A DNA stretch of 64,000 nt, from NCBI GenBank assembly GCA_965203515.1, contig OZ241907.1, forward strand, positions 1,728,001 through 1,792,000, read 5' to 3'. Shown in pieces: positions 10,980 through 19,723 of this stretch; the first letter of the stretch is position 1, and each line of letters opens with the position of its first letter. This stretch comes from Spirochaetia bacterium. Lineage in GTDB: Bacteria; Spirochaetota; Spirochaetia; SZUA-6; Bin103. The position numbers and the translations under genes were made by a program. Below the pieces are notes generated by a model, which searched no databases, was not told the origin of the DNA, and saw nothing but the letters and a program-made list of their open reading frames with translations.

Positions 10980-12866
10980 ATGCCAACCGATCCGCCGCCC
11001 TACGGAGTCGTCAACGCCCGCAACTGCGGGATGACCGCGCGCGACGGCGCGTGGCTGGCCACCGACGTGTGGCGGCCGGCGCGCGATGGCGAGCCGCTGC
11101 CCGGCCCGTTTCCCGCCATCCTGCTGCGCACGCCGTACGACCGCGCGCGCCCCACGGTCCAGGAGACGGGCGAGTTCTTCGCCGGCCGCGGCTACCTGGC
11201 CGCGATCCAGGACTGCCGCGGGCGCTACGGCTCGGAAGGCGAGTTCGTCCTGTTGGCGAACGAGGGCCCCGACGGCTACGACGCGATCGAGTGGCTGGCA
11301 TCCTTGCCGTACTGCGACGGCAACGTCGGCACCTACGGCACCTCCTACCTGGCCTGGGTACAGAACGCCGCGGCGATCGAGCGGCCGCCGCACCTCAAGG
11401 CGATGTGGGTCAACCAGGGCGGCGCCAACGGCAACACCGCCACGCTGCGCCACAACGGCGCGCTGGAGCTGCGCTGGCTGACCTGGGCGGTCACCTTTGG
11501 CACGGTGTCGTGCGAGGCGCAACGCGATCCGGCGCTGCAGGCCGACCTGACCCGCGCCGGCGAGCGGATGTACGAATGGCTGACGCGGCTGCCGTGGCGG
11601 GGCCGCGACTCGCCGCTGGCCGGCCTGCCGGTATACGAGCGCTGGGCGCGCGACCTCTACGAGCACGGCGATGCCGACGAGTTCTGGCAGCAGTCCGGCC
11701 TCAACTTCGCCGCCCACTACGATCGCACCGCCGACGTGCCGACCATGTACGCCGGCTCCTGGTACGACTCCTATACGCGCGCCACGGTGGAGAACTACCA
11801 GGCGCTGAGCGCGCGTCTGGCCGAGCAGTCGCTGCTGGTGGGGGCATGGACCCACGGCGACGCCACCATGGATACCTGCGTGGCGGGCGACGTCGACCTG
11901 GGGCCGGGCCTGCCGGTAGCGGGCAACCTGGCGGCCGATCACCGGCACCTGGTACTGCGCTGGTTCGACCGCCACCTGCGCGGCCGGACCGACGGCGCCC
12001 AAGCCGACCCGCCGGTGCGCCTGTTCGTCATGGGCGGCGGCTCCGGCGGCCGCAGCGCCGAGGGGCGGCTGCAGCACGGCGGGCGCTGGCGCGCCGAGCG
12101 CGCGTGGCCCCTGGCGCGGGCGGTCGCCACGCCCTTCTTTCTGGCGGCCGACGGCCGGCTCGCAGCCGGTCCGCCGTCTGCGCCCGCCGCGCTGTCGGCG
12201 CGCTTCGATCCGGCCGATCCGCTGCCGACCATCTCGGCCAACACCTCCTCCCTCAACGAGATCCTGCCGGCGCCGGAACGCTTTGCGCCGGACGCCCCGA
12301 ACGCCCTGACGCGGGTGATGGTCGTGCAGGGCGGCGCCGATCAGCGGACGCGGCCCGACCTGCACGGGTGCGCGCCGCCGTATGCGCCGCTGGAGTCCCG
12401 GCCGGACGTCCTGCTGTTCGCCACCGAACCGCTCGACGAGCCGCTCGAAGTGACCGGACCGATCGCCGCGACCCTCTACCTCTCCTCCGACGCGCCGGAT
12501 ACCGACCTGTTCGTGATGCTGCAGGACTACTATCCGCCGAGCGCCGCGTGGCCGGACGGCTATCGGCTCAACGTCGCCGACGGCATCATGCGCGTGCGCT
12601 ACCGCGACGGCATGGACCGGCCGCAGCCGATGGAGCCGGGCCGGGTCTACCGCGTCGTCGTGCCGCTCTACCCCACCAGCAACCTGTTCGCCGCCGGCCA
12701 CCGGCTGCGGCTGCTGGTCAGCTTCTCGTCGTTCCCGCGGTTCGACGTCAACCCCAACACCGGCCAGCCGATCGGCCGCCATACGCGCACGCAGACGGCG
12801 ACCAACACGATCCACCTGTCGCCGGAGCACCCGTCCGCGGTCGAGCTTCCGGTGGTTCCGACGTGA
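10980..12866 (+). CDS. CocE/NonD family hydrolase (peptidase S15)
   Basis: RTPYD, QDCRGRYGSEG, GTSY nucleophile, C-terminal galactose-binding-like domain. Confidence 0.9.
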   Translation: MPTDPPPYGVVNARNCGMTARDGAWLATDVWRPARDGEPLPGPFPAILLRTPYDRARPTVQETGEFFAGRGYLAAIQDCRGRYGSEGEFVLLANEGPDGYDAIEWLASLPYCDGNVGTYGTSYLAWVQNAAAIERPPHLKAMWVNQGGANGNTATLRHNGALELRWLTWAVTFGTVSCEAQRDPALQADLTRAGERMYEWLTRLPWRGRDSPLAGLPVYERWARDLYEHGDADEFWQQSGLNFAAHYDRTADVPTMYAGSWYDSYTRATVENYQALSARLAEQSLLVGAWTHGDATMDTCVAGDVDLGPGLPVAGNLAADHRHLVLRWFDRHLRGRTDGAQADPPVRLFVMGGGSGGRSAEGRLQHGGRWRAERAWPLARAVATPFFLAADGRLAAGPPSAPAALSARFDPADPLPTISANTSSLNEILPAPERFAPDAPNALTRVMVVQGGADQRTRPDLHGCAPPYAPLESRPDVLLFATEPLDEPLEVTGPIAATLYLSSDAPDTDLFVMLQDYYPPSAAWPDGYRLNVADGIMRVRYRDGMDRPQPMEPGRVYRVVVPLYPTSNLFAAGHRLRLLVSFSSFPRFDVNPNTGQPIGRHTRTQTATNTIHLSPEHPSAVELPVVPT

Positions 12867-14047
12867 GCCTGCGGGTCGGGCTGGTCGGCGCGCGCTTCGC
12901 CGCCAACTTCCACGCCGACTGCTACCGCGGGCTCGGTCCGGGAGCGGTCACGGTCGCCGGCGTCTACTCGCCCACCGCCGCGCGCCGCGATGCCTTCGCC
13001 GAGCGCCACGGCGTGGCGGCGTGCTCGTCGCTCGACCACCTGCTGGACGTCTCCGACGTGATCGACGTGTGCGCGCCGCCGTACGCCCACGAACCCTGCG
13101 TCGTCGCCGCGGCGGCGGCCGGCAAGCACGTGATCGTCGAGAAGCCGTTCACGGGCGCCTTCGGGCCGGACGGCGATCCCGACTGGCGAGGCGACCGCGC
13201 CTCCAAGGCCGAGCTCCTGGCGGAGGCGATGGCCAGCGCGGATCGCATGCGGCAGGCGGTCGAGCAGGCCGGGATCACGCTCTGCTACGCCGAAAACTGG
13301 GTCTACGCTCCGTCCATACGGAAGGAGGTCGAAGTCATCGTCAAGACGCAGGCGCGCATCCTGTGGATACACGGCGAGGAGTCCCATTCCGGCTCGCACT
13401 CCCCGGTCTACGGCATCTGGGCCAGGACCGGCGGCGGCTCCCTGGTCGGCAAGGGGTGCCATCCGCTCACCGCGGCGCTCTACCTGAAGCGGGTGCAGGG
13501 CCAGGCGACCGACGGCGCCCCGGTGCGCCCGCGCGCGGTGAGCGCCCGCGTGCACCGCCTGACGGCGGCGGCCGGCTTTCGCGACCTCGGCTGGCTGCGT
13601 ACCGACTACCGGGACGTGGAGGACTACTGCCAGGTGCACGTGGTCTTCGACGACGGCACCGTAGCCGACGTCCACTCCACGGAGATCGTCATGGGCGGGG
13701 TGCACAACTGGCTGGAGGTCTACGCGAACAACCACCGCATGCGCTGCAACGTCAATCCCACCGACGCCAACATCCTGTACAACCCGGAGGAACGGCAGCT
13801 CGACGACGTGTACGTCGTCGAAAAGATCGGCACCAAGCAGGGCTGGTCGTTTCCCGCCCCGGACGAGGATTGGGCGACCGGCTACCGCCAGGAGCTGGCG
13901 GACTTCCTTGCCGCGATCCGCGACCGCCGCGAACCGGCGAGCGGTCTGCCGCTCGCGCTCGATACGACCGCGGTGCTGTACGCGGCGTACCTGTCGGCCG
14001 AGCGCGACGGCCGGGAAGTCGCCGTCCCGCGTCTGACGGAAGGCTGA
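12863..14047 (+). CDS. Gfo/Idh/MocA family oxidoreductase
   Basis: GTG start overlaps the CocE stop (GTGA). Motifs RVGLVGARFAA and IVEKP. Confidence 0.85.
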   Translation: MSLRVGLVGARFAANFHADCYRGLGPGAVTVAGVYSPTAARRDAFAERHGVAACSSLDHLLDVSDVIDVCAPPYAHEPCVVAAAAAGKHVIVEKPFTGAFGPDGDPDWRGDRASKAELLAEAMASADRMRQAVEQAGITLCYAENWVYAPSIRKEVEVIVKTQARILWIHGEESHSGSHSPVYGIWARTGGGSLVGKGCHPLTAALYLKRVQGQATDGAPVRPRAVSARVHRLTAAAGFRDLGWLRTDYRDVEDYCQVHVVFDDGTVADVHSTEIVMGGVHNWLEVYANNHRMRCNVNPTDANILYNPEERQLDDVYVVEKIGTKQGWSFPAPDEDWATGYRQELADFLAAIRDRREPASGLPLALDTTAVLYAAYLSAERDGREVAVPRLTEG

Positions 14048-14064
14048 GCGAAGGCAGGCGACGG

Positions 14065-14790
14065 ATGGCAGGCGAGCTCCGCATCGGCCGCGACCGCGTC
14101 GTGGTCCTGGCCAAGACCGGCCGGCAGGCGAGCTGGCACCGGCTGGCGGCCGACCGGCGCCGCGCGGCCGAACGGGAGCACGTCGATCTGATGCTGTCGA
14201 TCGCGGCCCGGCACCGTCTGCGGCGACTGGAAGGCTATCGGCTGATCGGACTGCAGGGCCGTTGGGAGCGGTTCTGGGTGATCGAGTTCCCCGACCTGGA
14301 CGGCGCCGAGGCGTGGATCGAGGCGGAAATGGCGCCGCCGTACGGGGCGTACGGATTCTATGAATATCATCTGACCCGGCCGCTGGCGCCGGAAGTCCTG
14401 GCCGGCTGGCTGCCGGGGCCGCCGCGGGAGATCGAACCGCAGGCAGCCGATCCGAGGGCGATTCCCGCGCTCGCCGCCGACCGTTCCAGCGTGGCCGTGC
14501 TGCAGTTCTCGCGGACCGCCGCGGCAGCCGGTCACGCCGATGCCGAGCGCACCGAGGACCTGCGGCGGATCGCCCGCGAGCGCGGGATGCTGAGCCTGGA
14601 GTGCTTCCAGCTCATCGACCCGATCCCGGCCTGGCACCGCGTCTGGATAGGCGAGTTTCCGGACTTGGCCGGCGCCGAGGCATGGATCGACGCCGAGGCG
14701 GCGCCGGCGCGCGCCGCGCATGCCGAACGCGCCTCGTATCTGGCGCGCCGCTGGGCGCCGGCCTACTTCGCCTCCTGGCGCCGTCCTTGA
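14065..14790 (+). CDS. Hypothetical protein with two tandem copies of a small alpha/beta (GYD/NIPSNAP-like) domain
   Basis: Internal repeat RFWVIEFPDLDGAEAWIEAE / RVWIGEFPDLAGAEAWIDAE. Confidence 0.7.
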   Translation: MAGELRIGRDRVVVLAKTGRQASWHRLAADRRRAAEREHVDLMLSIAARHRLRRLEGYRLIGLQGRWERFWVIEFPDLDGAEAWIEAEMAPPYGAYGFYEYHLTRPLAPEVLAGWLPGPPREIEPQAADPRAIPALAADRSSVAVLQFSRTAAAAGHADAERTEDLRRIARERGMLSLECFQLIDPIPAWHRVWIGEFPDLAGAEAWIDAEAAPARAAHAERASYLARRWAPAYFASWRRP

Positions 14791-14833
14791 CGGCCCGTCC
14801 GTAAAAACGGCGAGCAGGCGGCAGAACCGATCC

Positions 14834-15595
14834 ATGCTGCTCGGACAGCCGCTGCCGGCGGTGGCGGCGGCGGCGGCGATCGTGGCCGCCGCGTCGGCTC
14901 TGCAGGCCACCATCGGCTTCGGTCTGGCGCTGCTGGCCATCCCCTTGCTGCACCTGAGCGGCTTCGCGCCGCCGGAGGCGATCGCCGTCTCCAGCTCGGC
15001 CATGCTGGTGCAGATGGCCAACGGGGTAGTGCGGCTGCGCGCCTGGGTACGGCCGCAGGAGCTGCTGTGGCCGCTGGCGGTCGTCATGGCGGCGCTGGCG
15101 GCCGGCGTGCTGGCGCTGCGCGCGGTGGTCGCCGTCCGGCCCGATCTGGCCCGGCAGGCCGCCGGCGCCGTGGTGCTGATCGCGCTGCTGGCGCTGGCGC
15201 TCCGCCGGCCGCCGCCGCGGCAGCGGGTGGCGGCGCCGTGGACGGTGCTGGCGATGGGCGCCTCCGGGCTGCTGGCCGGCTCGACCGGCATGGGCGGCGT
15301 GCCGCTGGCGCTCTGGACCTACGCGCACCGGTGGCCGCCGGAGCGCATCCGCGCCACGATCTGGGCTATCGCGCTGCCGGCCACCGCCATGCTGCTGGCG
15401 CTGCTGGCGGTCACCTTTGGCGCCGGCGTGGTCCGCGCGCTGGCGCTGGCGGCGCTGTTGTCTCCGTGCGCGCTGGCCGGATCGAACGCCGGACTCGCCC
15501 TGGCGCGGCGCCTGTCGGTGGCGCGTCTGCGGGCGGCCGCCTTCGCGGCGCTGGCCGTACTCGGCGTGAGCGCGGTCATCCGCCCGCTGCTGTAA
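14834..15595 (+). CDS. TauE/SafE family (sulfite exporter-like) membrane protein
   Basis: QATIGFGLALLAIP and SGLLAGSTGMGGVP motifs, several hydrophobic helices. Confidence 0.8.
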   Translation: MLLGQPLPAVAAAAAIVAAASALQATIGFGLALLAIPLLHLSGFAPPEAIAVSSSAMLVQMANGVVRLRAWVRPQELLWPLAVVMAALAAGVLALRAVVAVRPDLARQAAGAVVLIALLALALRRPPPRQRVAAPWTVLAMGASGLLAGSTGMGGVPLALWTYAHRWPPERIRATIWAIALPATAMLLALLAVTFGAGVVRALALAALLSPCALAGSNAGLALARRLSVARLRAAAFAALAVLGVSAVIRPLL

Positions 15596-15596
15596 G

Positions 15597-15632
15597 GTAT
15601 CGCCGGAGATACGCAGCGTATCGCCGGAGATA
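15597..15632 (+). promoter_or_regulatory. Tandem quasi-palindromes, candidate upstream activator sites for a sigma54 activator
   Basis: GTATCGCCGGAGATA at 15597 and 15618 (21-bp period; TATC-N6-GATA), upstream of a sigma54 promoter. Confidence 0.55.
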
Positions 15633-15684
15633 GGGCGGTGCGCCCCGCAGCCCGCGCGCGGACTCGTCAGGCGCCCGGAATCGG

Positions 15685-15700
15685 TGGCACGGATTGTGCC
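15685..15700 (+). promoter_or_regulatory. sigma54 -24/-12 promoter
   Basis: TGGCACGGATTGTGCC (GG-N10-GC), followed by RBS AGGAGG and ATG 15726. Confidence 0.8.
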
Positions 15701-15725
15701 TGAAACATCGACAGGAGGATTCCAC

Positions 15726-16601
15726 ATGCACAAATCACTGATCGCGACCGTACTCGGCGTCATGATCGTCGCCGGCGCCGCCGCCAACGACGACGACGAC
15801 AACGACGAGGTGTCGACCGTCGATGTCCTGGCGGTGCTCGAAGAGATCAACCAGAAGCTCGATCACGACCGGTCGTTCGACTCTGACGGAGCGCCGGACT
15901 CCGGCTTCGGCGGCGGCCCGTGGATGCCGGTGCGCTACCTGCCCGCCATCGCCGACCTCAACGCCTACTTCAAGAAGCTCGGTTCGTACGCTCCCATGAA
16001 CCCGTTCTTCTTCCCGTTCAAGGACGGCGGCGCCGGCACCTGGCGATGGAGCCTCGACCGCAGCCTGCAGATCGGCATGGAGTACGGGGGGTTCGGCCAG
16101 GACGTCCTGGGCTTCGCCACGCATGCGAGCGATCCTCTGGGACCGCGCGACACCGTCGATGCGGACGGCGACGGCTACGACGACTACCACAGCTACGCCG
16201 GATACGGGCAGCACTACTTCGCCGGCATCTTCCAGTACAAGGTGCCGATAGCGCCCCGGCTGCTCTATTTGGCGACCGGTATCAAGACCGGCCTGGCGTT
16301 CGAGTCGCTGCGGTACGGCATGGACCGCCGCCAAGTGCTCACCGACACGCTCGGCATCACGTCCGGCGGCAACTCCTGGAAGCGGACCAGCCTGCTGGGC
16401 GGCGTGTACGCCGGGCTGCAGATCCGCCTGGACGGCGATCTCAACGTATTCAAGCTGGGGATCGAGGCCGGCGTGACCGGACACTACGCCATAAGCGCCT
16501 GGGCGCCGGCCACCGGCGTCCACAAACGCACGCCCGCTCCCCCCGACGCCATGCAGGCGCACAACTTCTGGGTGGCGATCGGCCCTCAGTTTCACTACTG
16601 A
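15726..16601 (+). CDS. Exported protein, probable outer-membrane beta-barrel
   Basis: Signal peptide MHKSLIATVLGVMIVAGAAA, amphipathic strands, C-terminal VAIGPQFHY. Confidence 0.6.
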   Translation: MHKSLIATVLGVMIVAGAAANDDDDNDEVSTVDVLAVLEEINQKLDHDRSFDSDGAPDSGFGGGPWMPVRYLPAIADLNAYFKKLGSYAPMNPFFFPFKDGGAGTWRWSLDRSLQIGMEYGGFGQDVLGFATHASDPLGPRDTVDADGDGYDDYHSYAGYGQHYFAGIFQYKVPIAPRLLYLATGIKTGLAFESLRYGMDRRQVLTDTLGITSGGNSWKRTSLLGGVYAGLQIRLDGDLNVFKLGIEAGVTGHYAISAWAPATGVHKRTPAPPDAMQAHNFWVAIGPQFHY

Positions 16602-16617
16602 GTCCGCCGTCTGAGGG

Positions 16618-17130
16618 ATGGACCTGGGATCGCTGCTCGACGGGCTGCTCCGGTCCACGGCGGTCGCGCTGGGCCTGATCGGCGTGGTCGAGATCGGCCT
16701 GGACCGGCCGGAGGTCCAAACCGACCGTTCCGGGGCGATCACCATCACCGTGCATCTGCACGGCCACGTGACCGATCAGGTCCGCGATCTGATTCAGAGC
16801 TCGGCGCGGGTGGCGATCGATTTCGAGCTCCGGTACTTTCCTCGCACGGGCCGGAAGCTCCGGCTGGTCAGCCGCAATCTGATCCGGTTCCACAGCCTGA
16901 CCGGCCGCTACGAAGTGCGCCGCGGCGATGAGACGGCATCGGTCGCTTCCCTGGAGGAGGCGGCGGAGCTGCTCGGCTCGGCAACGGTGAAGATCGGGCC
17001 GGTCGGCCCGGGGCTCGCGGTCATCAAGGCGCGCGCCTCGCTCCCCGACGTTCACGCCGGAGACATGCCCGGCGCACTGTGGTCCGGGGCCGTGCCGAGC
17101 ACGTCGGCGTTGATCCCCGCGGACCCATGA
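16618..17130 (+). CDS. Hypothetical periplasmic protein (DUF4390-like position before a sensor kinase)
   Basis: N-terminal hydrophobic segment; stop overlaps the kinase ATG (ATGA). Confidence 0.5.
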   Translation: MDLGSLLDGLLRSTAVALGLIGVVEIGLDRPEVQTDRSGAITITVHLHGHVTDQVRDLIQSSARVAIDFELRYFPRTGRKLRLVSRNLIRFHSLTGRYEVRRGDETASVASLEEAAELLGSATVKIGPVGPGLAVIKARASLPDVHAGDMPGALWSGAVPSTSALIPADP

Positions 17131-18275
17131 GAGGCTATGCGGTTGCGCTGATCGCCCTTACCCTGGCCGCGGTCGCCGCCGTCACCCTGGCGGCGATCGG
17201 ATCGATCGGGCGGCTCTCCGACCCGGCCGACGCGGTGCGGGCCGCCGCTCACCTGCAGGAGGCGCGCGGCGCGGTGCGCAACGCCTACGCCGCCGAATCG
17301 GCGCCGGCCGCGCGGGCGCTGCTCGAGGAGGCGGCGCAGCAGCTCGACACGGCCGGCGGGCTGCTCGCCGGAGCCGAGGTCGTGCAGGCTGCGGTCAGCC
17401 GCACCGTCCTGGTGACCGTCTTCGCCGCGGCGCTGCTGGGGCTCCTTGCCGGCGCGCTCCTGTGGTTCGGTTCGTTCCGGTGGGTGATCGCACCCCTGTC
17501 CGGTCTGGCCGACCGCATGCAGCGACTGACCGACGCGCCCGCGCCGGTCGAGGTGACGGCTCGCGGGCCTCGGGAGATACGCGCGCTGCAGCGCGCCTTC
17601 AACCGCCTGGTCACCGCGCTGCGCGACTACCGGGAACGGATCACGGCGATGGAACGCGCCCACATAGGCCGCTTCCTCACGCACCAGTTCCGTAACTCCC
17701 TCACCCCGATCCGCCTGGCCGCCGACGAACTGGCGCGGGCGCCGGCCGCCGATACCCGGTCGATCGCCGACCTGCTGAGCGGGGAGGCGGCCCGGATGGA
17801 GGAGATACTGCAACGGTTCGGCACGCTCTACCGTTTTCCCGAGCCGGAACCGGCCGATCTCGACATCGCCCTGTTGGCGCGGCGCGTGGCGGCCGGCTAT
17901 CCCGGTATCCGGGTGGAGGTACCCGGGCATACGGTGCTGGTGCATGCCGATCGCACCCTGATAGAGCAGGCGCTGACCAACCTCATCCGCAACGCCATCG
18001 ACGCCACGGAAGGGGGCGATTACGGTTCCGTCACCGTCCGGGTAACCGACCGGCCGGCGGTGATCGGCGTCCGCGACCGCGGTGCCGGGATGACGCCGGA
18101 ACAGCGGAATCGCGCCTTCGACGACTACTTCACCACCAAGGAGAACGGCATGGGCGTGGGCCTCAGCTTCGTGCGGAAGGTAGCCGCCGCGCACCGTATC
18201 CGGCTGACGATGCGGTCCCGCCCCGGCCAGGGCACGACCGTCGAGCTGGCATTCCCGGCAACCGGCCGCCCATGA
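17127..18275 (+). CDS. HAMP-domain sensor histidine kinase (NtrY-like)
   Basis: Two TM segments, HAMP, H-box THQFRNSLTPI, N-box NLIRNAIDA, DRGAGM, FTTKENGMGVGL. Confidence 0.9.
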   Translation: MRGYAVALIALTLAAVAAVTLAAIGSIGRLSDPADAVRAAAHLQEARGAVRNAYAAESAPAARALLEEAAQQLDTAGGLLAGAEVVQAAVSRTVLVTVFAAALLGLLAGALLWFGSFRWVIAPLSGLADRMQRLTDAPAPVEVTARGPREIRALQRAFNRLVTALRDYRERITAMERAHIGRFLTHQFRNSLTPIRLAADELARAPAADTRSIADLLSGEAARMEEILQRFGTLYRFPEPEPADLDIALLARRVAAGYPGIRVEVPGHTVLVHADRTLIEQALTNLIRNAIDATEGGDYGSVTVRVTDRPAVIGVRDRGAGMTPEQRNRAFDDYFTTKENGMGVGLSFVRKVAAAHRIRLTMRSRPGQGTTVELAFPATGRP

Positions 18276-18285
18276 AGACCCGCCC

Positions 18286-19638
18286 ATGAAGACCACCGTG
18301 CTGATCGTCGACGACGATGAGAACGTCGGCCGCAGCGTCTCCATGACGCTGGCCCGGCGCGGGATGGAGCCGCGTTGCGCGTCGCCGTCCGAATGGCCTG
18401 CGGCGCTGACCGAAGCCGTCGACGTGGTGCTGCTCGACCTGTACCTGGGCGGCGTCAAGGGCCGCGACGTCCTGGAGCGTCTGCTGGCGGAGCATCCGCT
18501 GGTGCCGGTCATCATCATGTCCGGTCTCGCTTCGGCCGAGGAGGCGGTCGACTGCGTGCGGCGCGGCGCCTTCGACTACCTGGAGAAACCGCTCACCGCC
18601 GAACGGCTGGCGATCACCGTGCGCAACGCCGCCCGCTTCCGGCAGGTGCGGCTGTCGGTCCTGGCCGACACCATGCCGGTCTTCGCGTCGCAGAGCATGC
18701 GCGCGCTGGCCGAAGACGCGCGCAAGGTGGCGGCCACCGACGCCGCCGTGCTGATCACCGGCGAGAGCGGAACCGGCAAGGAGGTGACCGCGCGCTACAT
18801 CCACGGCCTGTCGCGCCGCAGCGGGCAGCCGCTGATCAAGGTCGATTGCGGCGCGTTGCCCGAGAGCCTGATCGAGAGCGAGCTGTTCGGGCACGCGAAG
18901 GGGGCCTTTACCGGCGCGAACGCGGACTATGCCGGCAAGCTGCCGGCGGCCGCCGGCGGCACCCTGTTTCTGGACGAGGTAGCGGAGTTGCCGCCCACCG
19001 CGCAGACACGACTGCTGCGCTTCCTGGACTCGGGCGAGGTGCAGCGCGTCGGCTCGACTGCGGTCACCACGGTCGACGCACGGGTCATCGCCGCCACCAA
19101 CGTCGACCTCGAACAGGCCGTCGCCGACGGCGCGCTGCGCCGTGACCTCTACTACCGCCTCAACGTCATTCGGCTGCGGATCCCGCCGCTGCGGTCACGG
19201 CGCGAGGACATCGCCCCGCTCGCCGACAGCTTCGTGACCTCGTTGGCCGTGCGGCTGGGCGTGCAGCCGCCGGTCCTGAGCCCGGACGCGTACCGGCGGC
19301 TGCGCGCGCTGTCGCTCCCCGGCAACGTGCGCGAGCTCAAGACGATCATCGAGCGGGTGCTGGTGCTGGTCGGCGCGCCGGTGATCGACGCGGCGCACGT
19401 CGAGCGAGCGGCGGCCGGCGGCATGGTCGATGCCGACGACCCCTTCGCCCGCACCATGCCGCTTGCGGAGGCGAAGCGGCAGCTCGAACGCCGGTACCTG
19501 CAGCGCCAGCTCGATCTGCATGGGCGTTCGGTCAAGCGCACGGCAGCGGCGCTCGGTATACTGCCGAACAATCTGAGTCGCCGCGTGCGCCAGCTCGAAT
19601 CGCGGGATACGGAAGAGATCGAAGACGGCGAGCCGTGA
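18286..19638 (+). CDS. sigma54-dependent response regulator (NtrC/NtrX family)
   Basis: Receiver LIVDDD...LLDLYL, GESGTGKE, GAFTGA, PGNVREL, C-terminal HTH. Confidence 0.92.
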   Translation: MKTTVLIVDDDENVGRSVSMTLARRGMEPRCASPSEWPAALTEAVDVVLLDLYLGGVKGRDVLERLLAEHPLVPVIIMSGLASAEEAVDCVRRGAFDYLEKPLTAERLAITVRNAARFRQVRLSVLADTMPVFASQSMRALAEDARKVAATDAAVLITGESGTGKEVTARYIHGLSRRSGQPLIKVDCGALPESLIESELFGHAKGAFTGANADYAGKLPAAAGGTLFLDEVAELPPTAQTRLLRFLDSGEVQRVGSTAVTTVDARVIAATNVDLEQAVADGALRRDLYYRLNVIRLRIPPLRSRREDIAPLADSFVTSLAVRLGVQPPVLSPDAYRRLRALSLPGNVRELKTIIERVLVLVGAPVIDAAHVERAAAGGMVDADDPFARTMPLAEAKRQLERRYLQRQLDLHGRSVKRTAAALGILPNNLSRRVRQLESRDTEEIEDGEP

Positions 19639-19723
19639 AGCGGCCGGCCGAGCGGATCGTCCGCCCCGGGCGCTGCGTGCCTCAACCCGACTCCGGGACA
19701 CATCCCGATATGGAAGGCGATCC

